Assembly (NCBI GenBank): GCA_902774155.1 | Contig: CACYHF010000006.1 | Location: forward strand, 37,391-101,390 | Direction of reading: 5' to 3' | DNA from: an uncultured Bacteroidia bacterium | Lineage (GTDB): Bacteria; Bacteroidota; Bacteroidia; Bacteroidales; UBA932 | Length of the DNA stretch: 64,000 nt | Part shown: positions 58,423 through 64,000 of the stretch, piece after piece | How positions within the stretch are numbered: the stretch's first letter is position 1 | Layout of the letters: the number at the start of each line of letters is the position of its first letter | Notes under the pieces: model-generated | Told to the model about the DNA's origin: nothing | Seen by the model: only the letters and a program-made list of their open reading frames with translations | Database searches by the model: none | Position numbers and translations under genes: made by a program

Positions 58423-59679
58423 ATGATTGTCAAAACTTTTGTTCTTAAGCCGCAATCCATCGACACCATCGCCAGCCTGTGCGATGCCCAGACCATCGCT
58501 GTCATCCGTCCTCAACGAAAGATCGAGGCCGTATTCCGGGATGCCATCGGCAAAACCATCCGGGAGAAAAAGCAGGCCAGTGCAGAGATAGTTGCCATTC
58601 GCGGCTATTTCCAGGGCATGTCTGAGGATCCCGCCTATCAGCAGGACGTGGAAGAGACCGTAGACGCTATCGCCACCTATTTGCGCGAGGCCATGTATGT
58701 ACAGACTTCCCCCGTGGCTATCGAAGACTATGTGATGGCCAAGTGCTCTCGTCTGTGCGCCGAAGCCGTGAACCAGCGCGTGAAAGGCACGCTCATCGAT
58801 GGTACGGAGCTCATGCTTTGCAACACCGCCGAAGGAGGGGAGACCCACTTCGACTGGACTGCGTCCAAGCAGCAGATTGCCCAGCGTTGCCTTTCCAGCA
58901 AAAAGCTGGTCATTTCCGGCGGCTATGGCCGCACCCATTCCGGTTATGTGGTCCGGATCGGCAAGGACGGCGCCCACCTCATGGCCGCCCTCATTGCCTC
59001 GGTCCTCAAGGCTCAGAGCATTGAATTCCACATCGAGGCTAAAGGCATCGACGGCATCCCCGCCATGACCTACGACGAAGCCGCACACTACTGCGCTTCT
59101 TCCCGCGCGCCCTTCGCTTCATCGGCCATCTGGCCGGCCAAGAATGCGGGCATCCCCATCCTGGTGAAAGATATTGAGGATGAAGCATTTGACGGAACGC
59201 TCATTTCCACCGGATCGGCCCATACCACTGCTGTTTTGGCCGATAAAGAGATGGCCCTGATCACTGTGTATGGCACCGGCCTGCTGGGTCGCGTGGGTAT
59301 GTCCGGCTCCATTTTCTCCTGCCTGGCCGCCCAGGGCATCAACGTGCGTTTCATCGCCCAGACTTCTTCCGAATACAGCATCAGCTTTGCCGTGGCGGAG
59401 GCCGATAAAGACCGCGCCGGCAAGGCCATCCGCGGTCTGTTCAAGGACAATCCGCTGCTGCCCCTGGACGATGTTGTGGTGCTGAATCAGGCCGTGGGCA
59501 TCGTGACCGTTTTCGGTAGCCGGATGCGCAACCTGCCCGGCACTTCCGGCGCCGTCTTCGGCAAACTCGGAGCCGCCGGCATCAACATCATCGCCAGCGC
59601 CCAGGGCGGGGAAGAGCTCTCCATCTCCTTGGTAGTGGATGAGGCCGATACCGACAAAGCCGTCACCCTTTTGAAGTAA
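58423..59679 (+). CDS. Aspartokinase-like protein with degenerate kinase motifs and two ACT domains
   Basis: Two ACT domains (INVRFIAQTSSEYSISFAV; INIIASAQGGEELSISLVV); no KFGGTS; GKDGAH replaces GRGGSD. Confidence 0.75.
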   Translation: MIVKTFVLKPQSIDTIASLCDAQTIAVIRPQRKIEAVFRDAIGKTIREKKQASAEIVAIRGYFQGMSEDPAYQQDVEETVDAIATYLREAMYVQTSPVAIEDYVMAKCSRLCAEAVNQRVKGTLIDGTELMLCNTAEGGETHFDWTASKQQIAQRCLSSKKLVISGGYGRTHSGYVVRIGKDGAHLMAALIASVLKAQSIEFHIEAKGIDGIPAMTYDEAAHYCASSRAPFASSAIWPAKNAGIPILVKDIEDEAFDGTLISTGSAHTTAVLADKEMALITVYGTGLLGRVGMSGSIFSCLAAQGINVRFIAQTSSEYSISFAVAEADKDRAGKAIRGLFKDNPLLPLDDVVVLNQAVGIVTVFGSRMRNLPGTSGAVFGKLGAAGINIIASAQGGEELSISLVVDEADTDKAVTLLK

Positions 59680-59693
59680 TCATTCAGGTATTA

Positions 59694-59731
59694 AAAAAGA
59701 TTCCCGGAGAGTTTCCCCGGGAATCTTTTTT
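59694..59731. terminator. Bidirectional intrinsic terminator
   Basis: aaaaaagattcccgg-agagtttcc-ccgggaatctttttt. Confidence 0.85.
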
Positions 59732-59743
59732 ATTTGTAATCAA

Positions 59744-60934
59744 TTACTTGATAATTCCTTCTTCCTTAAACACTTTAGTTAAGGCAGTCACGGCGCGGTC
59801 CACTTGCTCACGCGTATGGGTGGCCATCAGCGAGAAGCGGATGAGGGTATCCTGCGGGGCGCATGCCGGCGGGATTACGCTGTTGATGAACACGCCTTCG
59901 TCGAAGGCCCGCTTGGTCACGATGAAGGTCTTTTCCAGGTCGCGCACATAGAGCGGGATGATGGGGCTTTCCGTCTCACCGATTTCGAAACCGGCTTCCT
60001 TGAAGCGACGCAGAGCGTAATTGGTAACATCCCACAGATTGGTGATGCGCTCCGGCTCCTTCTGGATGATGTGCAGAGCCTCCAGGGCCGATGCCGTAGC
60101 TGCTGGGGTGTCGGAAGCCTGGAAGATATAGGTACGGGCAGTATGGCGAAGCCAGTTAATGATTACGCTATCGGCCGCGATGAAACCGCCGATGGCCGCC
60201 AGGCTCTTGGAGAAGGTGCCCATGATCAGGTCCACATCTTTGGTGAGGCCGAAATGGTTGCAAACGCCGCGGCCCTGTTTGCCGAAGACGCCCAGGCCGT
60301 GGGCTTCGTCCACCATGATCACCACATTGTCGTACTTGTGCTTAAGTTCCACGATTTCCGGAAGCTTGGCAAGATCGCCCTCCATGGAGAAAACGCCGTC
60401 CACTATGATGAGTTTCACGGCGTTCTTGGGGCAGCGGCGCAGGCAGCGCTCCAAGTCCTTCATGTCGTTGTGCTTGTAGTGCAGACCCTTGGCGAAACTC
60501 AGGCGCCGGCCATCCACGATGGAGGCGTGGTCACGGTCGTCGCAGATAATGAAGTCGTCCTTGGTAAGGAGTTGGGGAATCACGCCGCTGTTCACGGTGA
60601 AACCGGTGCTGAACACCAGGGCTTCGTCCTTGCCCACGAAATCGGCCAGCTCTTTCTCCAGCTGCACGTGGATATCCAGGGTGCCGTTCAGAAAACGCGA
60701 ACCGGCGCAGCCGGAACCGTATTTTTTCAGGGCCTCGATGCCTGCGTTGATCACGCGTTCATCGCCGGTAAGGCCTGTATAGGCGTTGGAACCGAACATC
60801 ATGATCTGGTGACCGTCCATGGTCACTTCGGTTCCCTGCTTGCTGGTTATCTGGCGGAAATAGGGATAGATCCCCTTTTCCATCATCTTCTGGGGAAGGT
60901 CATATTTGGCCAGTCTGGCATGTAATAATCCCAT
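59744..60934 (-). CDS. spt: Serine palmitoyltransferase (AOS family, PLP-dependent)
   Basis: GIYPYFR, FGSNAYTGL, GCAGSRFLNGT, DEAHG, GTFSKS; matches Bacteroidota SPT rather than BioF. Confidence 0.8.
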   Translation of the reverse strand: MGLLHARLAKYDLPQKMMEKGIYPYFRQITSKQGTEVTMDGHQIMMFGSNAYTGLTGDERVINAGIEALKKYGSGCAGSRFLNGTLDIHVQLEKELADFVGKDEALVFSTGFTVNSGVIPQLLTKDDFIICDDRDHASIVDGRRLSFAKGLHYKHNDMKDLERCLRRCPKNAVKLIIVDGVFSMEGDLAKLPEIVELKHKYDNVVIMVDEAHGLGVFGKQGRGVCNHFGLTKDVDLIMGTFSKSLAAIGGFIAADSVIINWLRHTARTYIFQASDTPAATASALEALHIIQKEPERITNLWDVTNYALRRFKEAGFEIGETESPIIPLYVRDLEKTFIVTKRAFDEGVFINSVIPPACAPQDTLIRFSLMATHTREQVDRAVTALTKVFKEEGIIK

Positions 60935-61044
60935 ATATAGTAATAGGTTTTAGTCAAAATAATCATGCAAAAATACGAAAAAATATTAAATCGCCGATAT
61001 CTGCCGTTTTTTTTCGTATCTTTGACACCTATTTTTGAAACACT

Positions 61045-62679
61045 ATGGAAGAGCGCAAACTGAATTTCCTGGAGGAAATCATTGAAAAGGATTTGGCCGA
61101 TGGCAAGGTGGACAGCATCATGACCCGCTTCCCGCCGGAACCCAACGGCTATCTGCACCTGGGACATGCCAAGAGCATCTGCCTGAACTTCGGCCTGGCG
61201 CAGAAGTATGGCGGCAAGACCAACCTGCGGTATGACGACACCAATCCCACCAAAGAGGATACGGAATACGTAGACTCCATCAAGGAAGACATCCAGTGGC
61301 TGGGTTTCCAGTGGGATAAGGAGCTGTACGCCAGCGATTACTTCGACCAGCTGTACCAGTGGGCAGAGGATCTGATCATGCGTGGCCTGGCCTATGTGGA
61401 CGATCAGACCCAGGAGGAAATCCGCGTGAACCGCGGTACCGTGGACAAGCCCGGCACGCCCAGTCCCTGGCGGGACCGTACGCCGGAAGAGAACCTGAAA
61501 CTGTTCCGGGAAATGAAGGCCGGCAAGTATGCGGAAGGGGAGAAGGTGCTCCGTGCCAAGATCGATATGGCCCATCCCAACATGATGTTCCGCGATCCGC
61601 TGTTGTACCGCATCAAGTTTGCCCATCACCACCGTACCGGCGACAAATGGTGCATCTACCCCATGTACGACTACACCCACGGCCAGTGCGATTCCATCGA
61701 GCATATCACGCACTCCATCTGCACCCTGGAGTTCGATGTTCACCGTCCGCTGTACGATTGGTTCATCGAAACGCTGGGCATCTATCCCTCTCATCAGTAT
61801 GAGTTTGCGCGCTTGAACCTCACGTACACCTTGATGTCCAAGCGCAAGTTGCTGGAACTGGTGCAGAAGGGCCTGGTGAGCGGTTGGGACGACCCTCGTA
61901 TGCCCACGCTCTGCGGCGTCCGCCGGCGTGGTTACACGGCCAATGCCCTCCGTATGTTCTGTGACAAAATCGGCGTCTCCAAGCGCGATCAGCTTATGGA
62001 TATCCAGCTGCTGGAATGGTGCGTACGCCAGGATCTGAACGAGCGTTCCAATCGCTATATGGTGGTGCAGGACCCCATCAAGCTCACCATCACCAACTGG
62101 CCGGAAGGCAAGGTGGAATGGTTCGACTGCCCGCTGAACCCCGCGGACCCTGAAGGCGCCAAGCGCAAGGTTCCGTTCACCGGCGAACTCCTGATTGAAA
62201 AGGCCGATTTCATGGAGGATGCTCCCAAGAAGTTCTTCCGTCTGAAACCGGACGGTGAAGTCCGTCTCAAGTACACCTACATCGTCAAGTGCAATGAGGT
62301 AATCAAGGACGGAAACGGAGAGGTAGTGGAGCTCAAGTGCACCTACGATCCTTCTCCCGAATACCGTCCCGTGAAGGGCACCATCCACTGGGTAAGCGCC
62401 GCGCACGCCCAGGAACTGGAACTGCGCAACTACGACCGCCTCTTCACCCTGGCCGATATGAGCCAGGTGCCCGAAGACAAGGACTACAAGGATTTCCTGA
62501 ATCCGGAGAGCCTGGTCATCGGCAAGGGTTGGGCCGAACCTGCCCTGTCGGAAGACAACTCCGGCATCGCCGTGCAGTTCGAACGCACCGGCTATTACGT
62601 GAAGGATAAAGATTCAACGCCGCAGCATGTTGTATTCAACAAGACCACGGCGTTGAAAGATTCCTACAAACCGGAATAG
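61045..62679 (+). CDS. glnS: Glutamine--tRNA ligase
   Basis: RFPPEPNGYLHLGH, MSKRKL, QFERTGYY. Confidence 0.97.
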   Translation: MEERKLNFLEEIIEKDLADGKVDSIMTRFPPEPNGYLHLGHAKSICLNFGLAQKYGGKTNLRYDDTNPTKEDTEYVDSIKEDIQWLGFQWDKELYASDYFDQLYQWAEDLIMRGLAYVDDQTQEEIRVNRGTVDKPGTPSPWRDRTPEENLKLFREMKAGKYAEGEKVLRAKIDMAHPNMMFRDPLLYRIKFAHHHRTGDKWCIYPMYDYTHGQCDSIEHITHSICTLEFDVHRPLYDWFIETLGIYPSHQYEFARLNLTYTLMSKRKLLELVQKGLVSGWDDPRMPTLCGVRRRGYTANALRMFCDKIGVSKRDQLMDIQLLEWCVRQDLNERSNRYMVVQDPIKLTITNWPEGKVEWFDCPLNPADPEGAKRKVPFTGELLIEKADFMEDAPKKFFRLKPDGEVRLKYTYIVKCNEVIKDGNGEVVELKCTYDPSPEYRPVKGTIHWVSAAHAQELELRNYDRLFTLADMSQVPEDKDYKDFLNPESLVIGKGWAEPALSEDNSGIAVQFERTGYYVKDKDSTPQHVVFNKTTALKDSYKPE

Positions 62680-62715
62680 CGTGGGCGTAAGTCCCTTATT
62701 AACAGAATTTTACAT

Positions 62716-62750
62716 AAATGACTCCCCTCTGAAAAAGAGGGGAGTCATTT
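62716..62750. terminator. Bidirectional terminator between glnS and fucP
   Basis: Perfect 15-bp stem aaatgactcccctct-gaaaa-agaggggagtcattt. Confidence 0.88.
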
Positions 62751-62775
62751 GCATAAGTAATTGTTAATCTGACTG

Positions 62776-64000
62776 TTATGTCCACGGGGCGGCCAATTTC
62801 CGGGCCCGGTAGCCGTAAACCGCTACAATTGCGAAGCAGACAAGCGGCAGGACGAAGGATGCGTTCACGGCCGGATGGCCCATGACCGTACCCAGGTCTA
62901 TGATGGCGCCCTGCAGCGGCGGCATCAGCGCGCCGCCCACAATGGCCATCACCAGGAACGAGGCTCCCAGGGTGGTGTCGCGGCTGTCCACCTTCTCCAG
63001 CGCAATACCGTAGATGGTGGGGAACATCAGCGACATAAAGAAACTCACTCCTACCAGGCAGTAGAGGCCCGCCTTGCCAACGATGAAGATGGTCCCCAGC
63101 GTGCAGAGGGCGGCCCCAATCCCGAAGATGGTGAGCATCTTGCGGGAATCCAGATATTTCATCAGCATGGTGGAAAGGAAACGGCTCACCAGGAACAGGC
63201 ACATAGCCACGATGTTGTAGATCTGCGCGGTGGCCTTGTTGATGCCCAGGTAGTCGGCATACTGGATGATGAAGGTCCAGGTCATAATCTGGGCGGCCAC
63301 GTAGAAGAGCTGGGTGAGTACGCCTTCGCGGTATATCTTGTTGTGCCAGAGGTTCCCCAGCGTTTCCCGCGTAGTGTGCCCCTTGCCTGCGGCCTTCTGT
63401 TCCTCTCCCTCCGTCTTGGGCATCCGGGTAACGGCAATCACGATGAATACCAGTACCACCACCAGGCCGATTACCACATAGGGATTCCGGATTACGGCCA
63501 GGTCGTGAACACGGATTTCGGCTTTCTCGGCCTCCGAAAGGGTGGGGAAGATGATGGCACCGGCTGCGTCGCGCCGGTCCGACCACAGTTGGGGCAGCAC
63601 CACGAACGAGGCCACGGACATACCGCAGAGGGAACCCAGCGGATTGAAAGTCTGGGCCAGATTAAGCCTCCGGGTGGAGGTTTCTTTGCTGCCCAGAGAC
63701 AGGATGAACGGATTGGCCGTTGTTTCCAGGAAAGCCAGGCCGAAGGTGAGGATATAGAGCGAAATGCAGAAGAAGGAGAACTGTTGATAGGCAGCCGCGG
63801 GGATGAACAGGAACGCCCCCATGGCATACAGTCCCAATCCCAGCAGGATAGAGCTCTTGTAGGAGAACTTCCGGATAAACAGCGCAGCCGGGATGGCCAT
63901 GGTGGCATAGCCTCCGTAGAAGGCGAATTGCACCAGGGAGGCTTTGGCCGCCGACAGTTCCATCACCGTCTGGAAGGCGGCAACCATAGGGTTGGTGATG
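62776..64000 (-). CDS. fucP: L-fucose:H+ symporter family MFS permease (5' partial)
   Basis: ITNPMV, VQFAFYGGY, LETTANP, RLNLAQTFNPLG, SLMFPTIY, MAIVGGA. Confidence 0.88.
   Translation of the reverse strand, partial: ITNPMVAAFQTVMELSAAKASLVQFAFYGGYATMAIPAALFIRKFSYKSSILLGLGLYAMGAFLFIPAAAYQQFSFFCISLYILTFGLAFLETTANPFILSLGSKETSTRRLNLAQTFNPLGSLCGMSVASFVVLPQLWSDRRDAAGAIIFPTLSEAEKAEIRVHDLAVIRNPYVVIGLVVVLVFIVIAVTRMPKTEGEEQKAAGKGHTTRETLGNLWHNKIYREGVLTQLFYVAAQIMTWTFIIQYADYLGINKATAQIYNIVAMCLFLVSRFLSTMLMKYLDSRKMLTIFGIGAALCTLGTIFIVGKAGLYCLVGVSFFMSLMFPTIYGIALEKVDSRDTTLGASFLVMAIVGGALMPPLQGAIIDLGTVMGHPAVNASFVLPLVCFAIVAVYGYRARKLAAPWT

Overview
Chromosomal window from a high-GC Bacteroidales bacterium: TAnnTTTG promoters, NQR operon, serine palmitoyltransferase, UpxY and type V pilus lipoproteins are all present. 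Most of it is housekeeping (yidC, yggS, argF, cdd, ffs, rluA, uvrA, rmlACD, nqrABCDEF, uvrD/pcrA, glnA, hisS, glnS, fucP, three tRNAs). Product calls come from motif recognition in the translations; no database searches were run. Main points of interest: (1) a 51-bp AT-rich palindrome inserted in frame in yggS; (2) a seven-gene steroid/bile-acid-modifying operon (SDR, 5-alpha-reductase, flavin reductase) extended by a glycosyltransferase, a second SDR, a PCMD protein and a second 5-alpha-reductase-like gene; (3) a candidate sRNA antisense to AUGAAAAA start regions; (4) small accessory islands beside tRNA-fMet (DUF5674 gene pair) and tRNA-Gly (class III Fic plus a Gabija-like helicase relic); (5) a pseudo-aspartokinase with intact ACT domains; (6) two clean internal deletions (capD-like gene, nitroreductase). 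No CRISPR array, integrase or transposase was seen.
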